IMG/VR virus record: IMGVR_UViG_3300023174_000160
DNA length: 64,000 nucleotides
Direction: 5' to 3' (one strand)
Source: an uncultured virus (IMG/VR IMGVR_UViG_3300023174_000160)
Taxonomy: Duplodnaviria; Heunggongvirae; Uroviricota; Caudoviricetes
Shown: positions 28,261 through 37,394 of the stretch, piece after piece
Layout: every line of letters begins with the position of its first letter
How positions within the stretch are numbered: position 1 is the first letter of the stretch
Position numbers and translations under genes: made by a program
The notes under the pieces: generated by a model
Seen by the model: only the letters and a program-made list of their open reading frames with translations
What the model was told of the DNA's origin: nothing
Database searches by the model: none

Positions 28261-28436
28261 CTAATCCGCGACATTGTAACATGACAGCTCAAATTTTGAG
28301 CAATTTCCCTCATTCCTGCCCTTGTCAAGTGTAAAGTAAACAAAATTTCATCGCGTTTTTTATTTGACGCCACGCGTGTAAAGCAAAATCTTCGATGTAG
28401 CAACACACCAAAACAAATTATTTCTTTCTAAAATAC

Positions 28437-28465
28437 TTGACATTGTCAAGTTTGTGTGGTATGAT
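28437..28465 (+). promoter_or_regulatory. Early sigma70 promoter 2
   Basis: TTGACA-N17-TATGAT with extended -10 TG. Confidence 0.85.
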
Positions 28466-28539
28466 GGTCCTGTCAAGTGGGATTTCGCTTGGCACGTTTG
28501 CTGTACTTACTAAATCGTTTAGCAAATTGGAGGTGTGAG

Positions 28540-28752
28540 ATGGCTAAGTATTGGGTGAAGTGTGAGATGCAGGTGACGATTCCGTTTTATATGGAAGAAG
28601 TTATTGAGGCGGATAGTGAAGAATTGGCTATGGCTATCGCCGTCAACAACGCAGAGGCCGAGGCAAAAGCGGAACTCAGGTACACGGATGGCACGGGGCA
28701 TTTCGTCATCAACAACGTGCGTCCTGTCAAAGCGGAGGTGTGGTATGACTAG
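28540..28752 (+). CDS. Hypothetical early protein
   Basis: GGAGG RBS. Confidence 0.7.
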   Translation: MAKYWVKCEMQVTIPFYMEEVIEADSEELAMAIAVNNAEAEAKAELRYTDGTGHFVINNVRPVKAEVWYD

Positions 28753-28966
28753 GATGCTGCATTGTGTAGATTGCGGCGACTTCATCGAGGACGCCCGCTC
28801 GTTGCTTGGGTACAAACATTGTCTTGAGTGCGGCGAGTTCTACGCTGCGCTGGAACGTGGTTCGTGGTGTGTGGTGCAAGAGTATGGCAAGGGCGGCTAT
28901 CAATACGTGCCCCAGAGTGCTGCGTTCACCACGCTGCGCGAGACTAACCAAAAGAATCCGAGGTAG
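28745..28966 (+). CDS. Zn-finger protein (DksA/TraR C4-like)
   Basis: CVDCG...R..LGY..CLECG. Confidence 0.6.
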   Translation: MTRMLHCVDCGDFIEDARSLLGYKHCLECGEFYAALERGSWCVVQEYGKGGYQYVPQSAAFTTLRETNQKNPR

Positions 28967-28969
28967 ACC

Positions 28970-29134
28970 ATGAGGCGCGAATACTTTGTGCGAACCAAAG
29001 ACTTACTAAAAGTTTTAGACATTGTCGGCAACCACAGCAGATGCCGAAAGATTGCACGTGATTTGTACGTGCTGATGCTGGAAGAAACCGTCGCAGGTAG
29101 AGCGGGCCAATTGATATGGGAGAAAACAAAATGA
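28970..29134 (+). CDS. Hypothetical protein, 54 aa (not in ORF track)
   Basis: GAGG RBS; ATGA overlap with the next gene. Confidence 0.6.
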   Translation: MRREYFVRTKDLLKVLDIVGNHSRCRKIARDLYVLMLEETVAGRAGQLIWEKTK

Positions 29135-29325
29135 CTACATCGGGCCAAGCGATGTCTGAGGCGCTGCGCCTGCACAATGAAACAGGGAACAACTACATCG
29201 TTGCTGAAAAGAACGGCAAGCACAACGTCTACCTCGACTCTGAATTTAGTCGGGAACTCATCAAAAAGAACGTGGAGAAAATTATCTACGTAACGCCACG
29301 CCAACAAGGAGACTGCAATGGATGA
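29131..29325 (+). CDS. Hypothetical protein
   Basis: GGAG RBS; coupled. Confidence 0.6.
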   Translation: MTTSGQAMSEALRLHNETGNNYIVAEKNGKHNVYLDSEFSRELIKKNVEKIIYVTPRQQGDCNG

Positions 29326-29506
29326 GCTTCAACGGATTAGCAAAATAGATTGTTTTTGTATTGGTGCGCTGGCCGGTGCTGTCGCCGCTGTGTTTGCGAT
29401 TGTCTTAATGAATCAGGCGAACGTCGCGTTTCAATTAAAGGCTTTGTCGTGCCACGAATCAGTGAGCACCGGAGTCAATTCATATATCTGCTACGTGGAG
29501 AACTAA
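29318..29506 (+). CDS. Small membrane protein
   Basis: Hydrophobic stretch IGALAGAVAAVFAIVLM. Confidence 0.6.
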   Translation: MDELQRISKIDCFCIGALAGAVAAVFAIVLMNQANVAFQLKALSCHESVSTGVNSYICYVEN

Positions 29507-29534
29507 ATGCACAAGCAACCGGTAGTGGAAACAC

Positions 29535-29563
29535 TTGACATTGTCAAGTAGATGTGGTATGAT
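29535..29563 (+). promoter_or_regulatory. Early sigma70 promoter 3
   Basis: TTGACA-N17-TATGAT, near-identical to promoter 2. Confidence 0.85.
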
Positions 29564-29629
29564 GTAGTCGTTGTCGTGGTACGTGTGTTTTACCTGTGTT
29601 GTATTTACTAAACCGTTTAGGAGATTGTG

Positions 29630-30703
29630 ATGTCTGTGATTAATTTCGGCAGTTCTGTTTCGCTGAATGAGTTTGCGAATTTGGTATCTACTGTAGGCAA
29701 GTCGGTGACTGTGATTGGTCAGGGCGAGCCGGGTATCGGTAAGAGTGCGATGCTCAACAAGATTGTAGAGATGAACCCCGAGCACGAGCCTGCATACATC
29801 GACTGCACGCTGTTGGACCTAGGCGACTTTGCCCTGCCGTATACGGTAGATGCTGCTGGTATTGGCAAAGTGACTAAGTTCGCACCCAATGCGCGGTTCA
29901 AACTGCAAGCCGACAAGCCTGTGGTGGTGATGCTCGACGAGATTGGCAAAGCGATTAAGTCTGTGAAGAATGTCTTGCTGACTCTGATGCTTGAGCATCG
30001 CATTGGTGATGTGTATCTGCCCGAGGGCAGTATCGTGTTCGGTACGACTAACCTAGCAAGTGATGGTGTGGGTGACTCGCTCGAAGCGCATGCACGGAAT
30101 CGTGTTTGCTTTGTTACTGTGCGTAAGCCTGATGATGAGCAGTGGATTGATTGGGCATTGAACAACAACATCGCACCGGAGATTATCGCATGGGTCAAGC
30201 AATTCCCGCAGGCACTGGCATCGTATGCGGACGAGGGGCAGCGAGACAATCCCTACATTTTCAATCCGACTCGGGCCGGCCAGACGGCTTTCGTCACGCC
30301 ACGTTCATTGGAGAAGGCATCCGATATTGCAAAGCAGCGCGCTATTCTTGGCGACAACCTTACCATCACAGCATTGTCTGGCACGATTGGTGAGTCTGCG
30401 GCCCGCGATATGCAAGCCTTTTTTACGGTGGTCGATAAGCTCCCGACGTGGGACGTAGTCATTAAAGACCCTGAGAACACCAAAGTTCCCGAGGATACGG
30501 TTGCCAAATGTATCTTTGTTTTCAGTGCCTTGGTGAAAGTTCAGAAAGATACGTTCGCTTCGTTCATGAAGTATTTGCAGCGGCTCGACCCCGAGTGGCA
30601 GGCTCTATTTGCTAAAAGCATTATCAAGTCGGAGAAGCAGACGATTGCGATTAGCAATAAGGAGTTCAAAGATTGGGCACTGAAGAATCAGTATCTGTTC
30701 TGA
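29630..30703 (+). CDS. AAA+ ATPase (MoxR/AAA_5-like)
   Basis: GEPGIGKS, VMLDE, TPRS. Confidence 0.85.
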   Translation: MSVINFGSSVSLNEFANLVSTVGKSVTVIGQGEPGIGKSAMLNKIVEMNPEHEPAYIDCTLLDLGDFALPYTVDAAGIGKVTKFAPNARFKLQADKPVVVMLDEIGKAIKSVKNVLLTLMLEHRIGDVYLPEGSIVFGTTNLASDGVGDSLEAHARNRVCFVTVRKPDDEQWIDWALNNNIAPEIIAWVKQFPQALASYADEGQRDNPYIFNPTRAGQTAFVTPRSLEKASDIAKQRAILGDNLTITALSGTIGESAARDMQAFFTVVDKLPTWDVVIKDPENTKVPEDTVAKCIFVFSALVKVQKDTFASFMKYLQRLDPEWQALFAKSIIKSEKQTIAISNKEFKDWALKNQYLF

Positions 30704-30927
30704 GAGAAGGCGACCTGTGTGCGTGGAAGAGTTATGTGGTCGTGGTGTACATGGATTTCGGTACGGGCTATGTCATGGGTAAATACCAAACCACGAAGCA
30801 CAGCGCATTCACGCACCTGTCTATACCAAAAGATGAATTAGTTTTAATTGACCCGGTGTTATACCCGCTGTACGGGTACGAAAGGAAAGATGATGAAGGT
30901 GTTGCTAGGGAATATCGAATTTGGTGA
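30673..30927 (+). CDS. Hypothetical protein (start uncertain)
   Basis: Fills the operon gap. Confidence 0.45.
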   Translation: MGTEESVSVLREGDLCAWKSYVVVVYMDFGTGYVMGKYQTTKHSAFTHLSIPKDELVLIDPVLYPLYGYERKDDEGVAREYRIW

Positions 30928-31123
30928 GTTTGTTTGCGACGGCGAGATTGTCGAGATGGCAATGCTGCATAGGCCGTATCGGATGCTTACACTGGATGAT
31001 GATGTAGCGGAAACAGTTGCTAAGAGTCTGGTGGCCGAGGGCAAGTATGCACAGTATGTAATCCCTGACTTGTTTGATGGCGAAGTATGCGTATCGTGGA
31101 GGAAAGAAGATGGAGCCGACTGA
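30890..31123 (+). CDS. Hypothetical protein
   Basis: AAGGA RBS. Confidence 0.55.
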   Translation: MMKVLLGNIEFGEFVCDGEIVEMAMLHRPYRMLTLDDDVAETVAKSLVAEGKYAQYVIPDLFDGEVCVSWRKEDGAD

Positions 31124-31343
31124 TGCACGGGTAGCACAAGAATGTTGTGATGAGATATTCCACAGTCTCAACAAGCACTACCGAGACAGCCCAGACATGG
31201 CGATATCGTTACTAATTTATTTAGTAGTCAGGGCATCGACCAGTATCAACGCAGACCCGCAGCAAATCATCGAAGCACTAACGCAGGCGTTTCAGATTCA
31301 GGCGTTGATTGACTTGGAAATCCCAAGCGATTTCGTAAACTAG
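31110..31343 (+). CDS. Hypothetical protein
   Basis: GGAGG RBS; contains a perfect palindrome at 31210-31226. Confidence 0.6.
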   Translation: MEPTDARVAQECCDEIFHSLNKHYRDSPDMAISLLIYLVVRASTSINADPQQIIEALTQAFQIQALIDLEIPSDFVN

Positions 31344-31349
31344 GAGAGT

Positions 31350-32492
31350 GTGATGGCAAAACTTACTGCTGAGCAGCGGATTCAGCGTGCTCACGTGTGG
31401 CTGATGAACGAGCCAAGATATTGTTTGTATTCAGGTATTTTCATGCTTGGCAAGACTAGCGTGGACGATGCTGTGCCGACTGCTGTAACCAATGGTCGAG
31501 ATGTTATGTATGGTCGCAAGTTTGTAGAGGGGCTGACCGACCAAGAGATTCGTGCGTTAGTGCTGCACGAGAATCTGCACAAAGCATTTCGCCATCTGAC
31601 CACATGGAAGAATCTGTACAAACAGAACGCGCGGAAAGCAAACATGGCGTGTGACTACGTTATCAACCTGATGATTTATGACTCTGACCCAAGCGAGCGT
31701 GACGTTAAGTTGCCAGAGGGTAGGTGTCTGGACGAGCAGTACCGCAGCATGAGCGCCAAGCAAGTCTTTGATGTGTTGTCAGATGATGACGGCGACGAGG
31801 GCGGCAATGGGTTTGACGAGCATGATTGGGACGGGGCAAGCGAGTTGTCCAAGGAAGCACAAGAAACTCTGTCCAAGGAAATCGACCAAGCTCTACGTCA
31901 AGGCATGATTCTCGCAGGTAAGATGAAGGGCGATGTGGATAGAAGTATTACGGAGTTGCTGACCCCGAAGGTTGATTGGCGTGAGGCACTGCGGGACTTT
32001 GTTACTTCGTTCTGTCAGGACAAAGATGTATCCACATGGCGCAAACCAAACCGACGGTGGGTGGACCAGAATGTTTACTTGCCGTCGCTTGTCGGTGAGT
32101 CGGTCGGGCCGCTAGTAGTTGCTGTAGATACATCAGGTAGTATCGATGGGCCTGTGCTGAACGAGTTTTTGACCGAGGTAGTTAGTATCTGTAACACCGT
32201 GGTGCCGGGGTGTATCGACCTGCTGTATTGGGACACTCAAGTTGCACGCCACGAAAAGTATGAGCCGGACAGTTTCAGTAGTATCATGCAGTCAACCAAG
32301 CCGCGCGGTGGTGGCGGTACTAACGTATGTAGTGTGTTTGAGTATGTGAAGGGCAAGGGCATGAAGCCCGAAGCTGTTGTTGTGTTGACCGATGGCTACA
32401 CCCCGTGGCCTGAGTCAGTTGATGTACCTGTGTTGTTTGCAATCAATACGGATAAGGTCGCACCTGTCGGTAAGACTGTGCGTGTTGGTTGA
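31350..32492 (+). CDS. DUF2201-type metallopeptidase-VWA protein
   Basis: HExxH (LHENLH), MIDAS DTSGS, GGGGT, LTDG. Confidence 0.85.
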   Translation: MMAKLTAEQRIQRAHVWLMNEPRYCLYSGIFMLGKTSVDDAVPTAVTNGRDVMYGRKFVEGLTDQEIRALVLHENLHKAFRHLTTWKNLYKQNARKANMACDYVINLMIYDSDPSERDVKLPEGRCLDEQYRSMSAKQVFDVLSDDDGDEGGNGFDEHDWDGASELSKEAQETLSKEIDQALRQGMILAGKMKGDVDRSITELLTPKVDWREALRDFVTSFCQDKDVSTWRKPNRRWVDQNVYLPSLVGESVGPLVVAVDTSGSIDGPVLNEFLTEVVSICNTVVPGCIDLLYWDTQVARHEKYEPDSFSSIMQSTKPRGGGGTNVCSVFEYVKGKGMKPEAVVVLTDGYTPWPESVDVPVLFAINTDKVAPVGKTVRVG

Positions 32493-32527
32493 TTTACTAA
32501 ACCGTTTAGCAAATTGGAGAATTAAAA

Positions 32528-33373
32528 ATGATTCAAGATAAATCAATGCTCGTTGACCTGTCGATTTCCGCATGGTCGGGCAAGAAGATGGACAAGCAAG
32601 TATCGCAAGAGATTGACGCTGCCAAGAACACGAAGACTAAGGCGGGCAACTACTCTAAACATCTTTTGGCAGGTACCGACAAGCTGGAAGTCGTAACGAA
32701 GATGGCCGCCAACATTCGCAATTGGCATTGTCAACAGACACTACCTTGGTCGGACTTAGGTTCGCGCTTGTTGCCGATGAAGAACTTCTTTGACTACAAA
32801 CAGATTCTTAATTACCACGAGCAGCAGTTCAACGATGCAGTCGAAGACTTTCTTAATGAGTACCCGACCCTTGTGTCTGCCGCTGCGTTCCAGTTGGGCG
32901 ACTTGTTCAATCGTGACGAGTATCCAGACGTAGAGACACTGCGCAGTAAGTTTCGTATCAAGTATGTGTTCTTGCCCATCGCAGACGTTGATGATTTCCG
33001 CGTGAAGGCAGGGGATGATACCGCCCAAGAGCTTCGGGAACAATATGAAAAGTTCTTTTCAGATAAGTTGGAGGAAGTCACCCGCGACTTGTGGGGGCAG
33101 TTGCATGGCACCCTGACCAAGATTAGTGAGCGATTGGATTACGACGAAGGCAGCAAGAAAATATTCCGTGATTCTATGTTCACCAATGCTATGGACCTGT
33201 GCGCCATGCTTACCAAGCTGAACGTAACCGAAGACCCGAAGTTGGAGCAAGCCCGTCAGCAGTTGGAGAAAGCTATCGCAGGTGTAGATGCTAGGGATGT
33301 GCGCGATAGCGATGCTATTCGTATGGATGTAAAGAAGAAGGTTGATGACATTCTCAGTGCGTTTGACTTTTAA
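32528..33373 (+). CDS. DUF3150-like protein
   Basis: TLPWSD-G-RLLP...LGDLFN-DEYP; follows AAA-VWA. Confidence 0.7.
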   Translation: MIQDKSMLVDLSISAWSGKKMDKQVSQEIDAAKNTKTKAGNYSKHLLAGTDKLEVVTKMAANIRNWHCQQTLPWSDLGSRLLPMKNFFDYKQILNYHEQQFNDAVEDFLNEYPTLVSAAAFQLGDLFNRDEYPDVETLRSKFRIKYVFLPIADVDDFRVKAGDDTAQELREQYEKFFSDKLEEVTRDLWGQLHGTLTKISERLDYDEGSKKIFRDSMFTNAMDLCAMLTKLNVTEDPKLEQARQQLEKAIAGVDARDVRDSDAIRMDVKKKVDDILSAFDF

Positions 33374-33384
33374 GGGGACCAATC

Positions 33385-33570
33385 ATGTACGGACGTGAAG
33401 CGACGAAGCAGGAGTATTCAGTACCGCGTAGTACCAAGGAAGCGTATGGCCGGTATCTAAAGTTTGAAGACCCGGTGCCTTGGTATAAGCGCGAGAAAAC
33501 ATTGGTGGTCTGTATGTGCGCTGTAATTTTAGTTATCGCGTTTGGAATTTTTAAGGGGTATATCCTGTGA
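33385..33570 (+). CDS. Small membrane protein
   Basis: PRSTKEAYG plus C-terminal hydrophobic helix. Confidence 0.6.
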   Translation: MYGREATKQEYSVPRSTKEAYGRYLKFEDPVPWYKREKTLVVCMCAVILVIAFGIFKGYIL

Positions 33571-34418
33571 TTAAGTGGACTGGAGAAACTGGCATCGAGA
33601 ATTGCCGGTACAAAAATCTTATTGACTTTTACAACGCTATCAAATCAAACGCGGTTTATCCTGTGCATATCAATGCCGAGCCGCGAAGCGTAAACATAAT
33701 GGATAATAAATTCGGCGCGATTTGTTTTTATGATTCGCGCGTTAGCCCGCCGTTTCTAGTGGGCACAATTGATTACGACAGCGAGAACTATATTGTCGTT
33801 TCGGGCTTGATTAAGAACGAGAAGTTTGCGAGATATAACAGTGACTTCCACAGCAAACGGTCAAAAGATTTTAAGAAAGCTCTGAAGGTGGCGCTGACTT
33901 ATATTCGTCCGGCGTCTTGGGAATCAGTAGCACAAAGCTCACGCAGAGATATTAGTGGGCATCTAGTCGAATGGAGTAACAAACCGGCGCAAGCAATTAA
34001 TAATCACATTAGATATAAGATTTCAAGAGAGGATGTTTATGGAGAAATTACTCACGCAATTGAGATGAATGCGAGATTCAAAACCGATGTATTTAACGAC
34101 GCGATAAAAGTAATTCTTGAGAACCGCGAGGAAGCCAAACGCCGCGAAGCACTGAGCCTTACGCACTTGTTTGTTTTTATAAACGCGCAGGGGATGTACG
34201 AATCAAACGTATGGACTGGGGCCAAGTCGGACGATGAGTTACCGGAAGAAGTTCGCATGAAGCTAGGCATGCTCAGGCTGCTCGACGAGCCAAAAACAAA
34301 CAGCAGTGGCGCGATTCTGGACGAGGTAGGTACTCGATGCGGTAACTATTTCTGGGTTTTTGTTGAAGAATCTACTCACAAACTATTGACCGGCGGCGCA
34401 AATGCGGATAGAGTTTAG
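33567..34418 (+). CDS. Hypothetical protein, 283 aa
   Basis: Long ORF, GTGA-coupled. Confidence 0.7.
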   Translation: MIKWTGETGIENCRYKNLIDFYNAIKSNAVYPVHINAEPRSVNIMDNKFGAICFYDSRVSPPFLVGTIDYDSENYIVVSGLIKNEKFARYNSDFHSKRSKDFKKALKVALTYIRPASWESVAQSSRRDISGHLVEWSNKPAQAINNHIRYKISREDVYGEITHAIEMNARFKTDVFNDAIKVILENREEAKRREALSLTHLFVFINAQGMYESNVWTGAKSDDELPEEVRMKLGMLRLLDEPKTNSSGAILDEVGTRCGNYFWVFVEESTHKLLTGGANADRV

Positions 34419-34441
34419 TTGTAAATTCTATGGGGACTACC

Positions 34442-34744
34442 ATGTTTGAAGAATTGGAAGAGCGGGTCCGGGAGTGGGCGTTTGAGCGAAACATTCCACA
34501 ACATTCCACGCCCAAGGCGCAGTTACTAAAAGCAGTTAGTGAATTGGGCGAGTTGTGTGATGCAGAGATTAAGGATGACCGCTACGGTCAGATTGATGGT
34601 ATTGGCGATGTGCTTGTGTGCTTGATTATTTATTGCCAGATGCGTGAGTACACAATGACTGGATGCTTGCAGTCGGCGTATGAAGAAATCAAAAACCGCA
34701 AGGGCAAGATGGCGCAAGGTGGCGCCTTCGTTAAGGAGCTGTGA
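34442..34744 (+). CDS. mazG: MazG-like NTP pyrophosphohydrolase
   Basis: SELGEL...DGIGDVLV...AYEEIKNRKG. Confidence 0.85.
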   Translation: MFEELEERVREWAFERNIPQHSTPKAQLLKAVSELGELCDAEIKDDRYGQIDGIGDVLVCLIIYCQMREYTMTGCLQSAYEEIKNRKGKMAQGGAFVKEL

Positions 34745-35130
34745 TGACTGCTAAGAACCCGTATCTGCGAGGGATGGACGGTGAAGAGCCGCTCGAACTT
34801 GCTGATGACGCAGTATGTTTGTCTGACCACAGCATGACGTTCTTGATGAACCACAAGTGCAAGGACAAGCTACCCAAAAAGATTGCACATGTAAAAGATA
34901 TTTGTGGCACCACGCGCAGGCTGATGGTCAAGGTCTGGGTGGCTGCAGAGAAGGGACCAATGAAGTACTGGGCAGACATGACAACAGGCACGCTGTACAC
35001 CGACGATGGTGTATGTATGTCTTCAATAAAGCGTGAAGTAGTTAAGTGGGTGCGGTATCGTAAAGATGAATGGGAGCGGCGCAAGCGCGTCGCATATGGC
35101 GAAGTACCAGTATGGAACGAGGGTATTTGA
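34741..35130 (+). CDS. Hypothetical protein
   Basis: AGGAG RBS; WAD--TGTLY. Confidence 0.65.
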   Translation: MMTAKNPYLRGMDGEEPLELADDAVCLSDHSMTFLMNHKCKDKLPKKIAHVKDICGTTRRLMVKVWVAAEKGPMKYWADMTTGTLYTDDGVCMSSIKREVVKWVRYRKDEWERRKRVAYGEVPVWNEGI

Positions 35131-35131
35131 G

Positions 35132-35374
35132 ATGCGAGTAACTTTTGAGATGGAAAGCGAACAACTAGACGCCATAATTATTAAAGAATTAGAAAACCGC
35201 ATAGAAATTTGCTATTCCGATAGCAGTTGGTGCGAAGACGACGATGGGTACAACGAAGAACTTAAAGAAGCATTGTGGATTGTGCTCGAATACTACACTA
35301 GCGAAAACCAACTAATACAGTTCAAGAACTTTATTGAAGCTAAATATGGGGACGGAGAACAAGATGAAATTTGA
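35132..35374 (+). CDS. Hypothetical acidic protein
   Basis: Tight operon packing. Confidence 0.6.
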   Translation: MRVTFEMESEQLDAIIIKELENRIEICYSDSSWCEDDDGYNEELKEALWIVLEYYTSENQLIQFKNFIEAKYGDGEQDEI

Positions 35375-35537
35375 TGTGCTCAACTGTATTGAGACTGACC
35401 GCGGACTAATTGTTAGTCTTGATGTTGACGAGGAAGGCCGACAGTATTTGATTGAACGTGGGTTCAATGCTTTGCTGATTGATGTAATCAATCAAATGGA
35501 GAATAGCCATGAACGAGAAACGCCGGAAGGCATTTGA
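35364..35537 (+). CDS. Hypothetical protein
   Basis: GGAG RBS. Confidence 0.55.
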   Translation: MKFDVLNCIETDRGLIVSLDVDEEGRQYLIERGFNALLIDVINQMENSHERETPEGI

Positions 35538-35673
35538 TGATTGGTGGTTGTTACATGCAACGCCCGAAGGTCGGACTACACCCAGTGCAATTTGGGAAGC
35601 TGCATGCGACTGGATGCTAGAAGAAGTACGGTGGAAGGTTGAGAAGATGATGGAACGTGACCCGCATGAGTGA
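35509..35673 (+). CDS. Hypothetical protein, 54 aa (not in ORF track)
   Basis: GGAG RBS; MNEKRRKAFDDWW...AIWEAAC. Confidence 0.55.
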   Translation: MNEKRRKAFDDWWLLHATPEGRTTPSAIWEAACDWMLEEVRWKVEKMMERDPHE

Positions 35674-35902
35674 AAAAGTAAATTATCCGGCACACTACAC
35701 AGCAGGTAAGGTGGAGTGCATCGATGCGATTGAGTCTGCTACGATAGGTTTGCAAGGTATTGAAGCTGTTTGCACGGCCAATGCTATTAAGTATCTGTGG
35801 CGATGGAAGTTTAAGAATGGGATTGAAGACTTGAGCAAAGCCAAGTGGTACATTAATAAACTGGCTAAACATCTATCGGAACACGACCATGAGCAGAGTT
35901 GA
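35666..35902 (+). CDS. DUF3310 protein (T7 gp1.7-like)
   Basis: VNYPAHYT-G-VECIDAI...NAIKYLWR..KNG-EDL-KA-WY. Confidence 0.85.
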   Translation: MSEKVNYPAHYTAGKVECIDAIESATIGLQGIEAVCTANAIKYLWRWKFKNGIEDLSKAKWYINKLAKHLSEHDHEQS

Positions 35903-36071
35903 ATACGCCCTCGCCGAAGCACAGACAGCAGATGACGTTGTCATTATTTGTTTTGATGAGGTAGGCGAGATGTCTTTGCATTCCACGATTACTCGTGGGC
36001 CAGAGATTCTTTGGGCACTTGAACTTGCTAAAGCACAAATTCTTGAGATGGGACAACCGGAGGACGCGTAA
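35889..36071 (+). CDS. Hypothetical protein
   Basis: Coupled ORF. Confidence 0.55.
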   Translation: MSRVEYALAEAQTADDVVIICFDEVGEMSLHSTITRGPEILWALELAKAQILEMGQPEDA

Positions 36072-36253
36072 TGTCTGATTTTATGCAGCGCCAATTTGAT
36101 ATCAGCCAAGAACTTATTCGGTTGATGAACCGCGAACACGAGCAGCGCAGCCGTATCTTTGAGAAGTACGAAAGTGAACTGCAAGAAAAAGACCGATACA
36201 TCGCAAAGCTAGAGGCCACTGTCCAAGCACTGGAAGTTCTGACCAAAAAGTAG
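36071..36253 (+). CDS. Small coiled-coil protein
   Basis: GGAGG RBS; TAATG junction. Confidence 0.6.
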   Translation: MSDFMQRQFDISQELIRLMNREHEQRSRIFEKYESELQEKDRYIAKLEATVQALEVLTKK

Positions 36254-36261
36254 GAGCTATC

Positions 36262-36420
36262 ATGTACATCTGGTTTAATCTATTGTTATTTAGCAGTGGG
36301 CACTGGATGTACATAGATGTATTTGAAACTTTGGAAGAGTGCCAAGACGAGCGCAAGATGCAGGAAATTATTAACCCCGGCGACTATTATTGTTTTCCGG
36401 CACAAGTGAAGAAGTCATGA
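36262..36420 (+). CDS. Hypothetical protein, 52 aa (not in ORF track)
   Basis: AGGAG RBS; F-TLEEC motif. Confidence 0.55.
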   Translation: MYIWFNLLLFSSGHWMYIDVFETLEECQDERKMQEIINPGDYYCFPAQVKKS

Positions 36421-36635
36421 AACACGTAATTAAAAAGAACACACCCGAAGTACAAGTAGGGCAGCGATACCGTATGCCGTCCGGCGCGATTGCAGTGGTA
36501 AAACATTTGCGGGGCGAAGCAGAAGTTGGGCTAGAGTATGAGTCCCGTAGGTACAAAGGGCGTGCCGAAGAAGTGGCTATGAGTATGTCTAACGTGAGGT
36601 CTATTTGCACTTATGTCGGAACTTCCGAAGTTTAA
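36417..36635 (+). CDS. Hypothetical protein
   Basis: ATGA-coupled. Confidence 0.55.
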   Translation: MKHVIKKNTPEVQVGQRYRMPSGAIAVVKHLRGEAEVGLEYESRRYKGRAEEVAMSMSNVRSICTYVGTSEV

Positions 36636-36792
36636 GTATGTTGTGCACGATGAAGACGGGCCAGTCAGAAAGTTTGCCAGCAGAACAGAAGCCAAACGAT
36701 GGGTAGCGGGTAGAAATGAATTGACGTTGTTAAAAATCCCGCAGGATAAAACACCATCTATATTTGAAACTTCGGAAGAAGCATTATTTTAA
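36613..36792 (+). CDS. Hypothetical protein, 59 aa (not in ORF track)
   Basis: DEDGPVRKF...EEALF; stop abuts the next start. Confidence 0.55.
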   Translation: MSELPKFKYVVHDEDGPVRKFASRTEAKRWVAGRNELTLLKIPQDKTPSIFETSEEALF

Positions 36793-36793
36793 T

Positions 36794-37108
36794 ATGGCAA
36801 AGACGCCCGAGAAGAAAGTAAAAGACCAAGTTACTAAAATGCTTAGTAACAGTAACGCATACTGGTTTTATCCTGTGATGGGTGGGTATGGGTCTTCCGG
36901 TATCCCGGATATTGTCGCGTGCTATCGCGGCGTGTTTATCGGTATTGAGTGTAAGGCTGGAGACAATAAGCCAACAGCGTTGCAGATGAAGAATCTAAAT
37001 CAGATTTCCGATGCTGGCGGGTACTCCGCAGTTATTAACGAATCAAACATTGAAGACTTAAATGCACTCCTCGCCAGAATTGACGCAGAAAGAAAAGCAT
37101 TTAATTAA
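36794..37108 (+). CDS. VRR-NUC nuclease / possible junction resolvase
   Basis: GIPDI...FIGIECKA...PTALQ. Confidence 0.85.
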   Translation: MAKTPEKKVKDQVTKMLSNSNAYWFYPVMGGYGSSGIPDIVACYRGVFIGIECKAGDNKPTALQMKNLNQISDAGGYSAVINESNIEDLNALLARIDAERKAFN

Positions 37109-37394
37109 GGCCCGCCACAAGTACAAAACGCGGCGCTTGGACATACTGGAATTTTTAATTAAACGACCGCTTGGGTCTAGCACCTTGCAGATTGCGCAGG
37201 GTATTGGGGTCAGTTTGATTTCAGCTAAACGCTATATAGCCAAGCTGAAAAACGATGGGGATATTGTGCTGCTGCGGTCAGAACCCATCAAGGGCGTATC
37301 AAGGAAGCCAATAAACTATTACGTAATATCGAATGAAGGAATGGTTGTATTAACCGAAGGGGAATTAGATGGATTACTTAAAAAATCTTACTAG
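37062..37394 (+). CDS. Winged-HTH protein
   Basis: ILEFL...STLQIAQGIGVS--SAKRYIAKLKNDG. Confidence 0.7.
   Translation: MHSSPELTQKEKHLIKARHKYKTRRLDILEFLIKRPLGSSTLQIAQGIGVSLISAKRYIAKLKNDGDIVLLRSEPIKGVSRKPINYYVISNEGMVVLTEGELDGLLKKSY

Noticed and set aside
34524..34541. TACTAA-N6-TTAGTG in mazG
   Set aside because: The spacer length is wrong and there is a mismatch, so it was not counted as an operator
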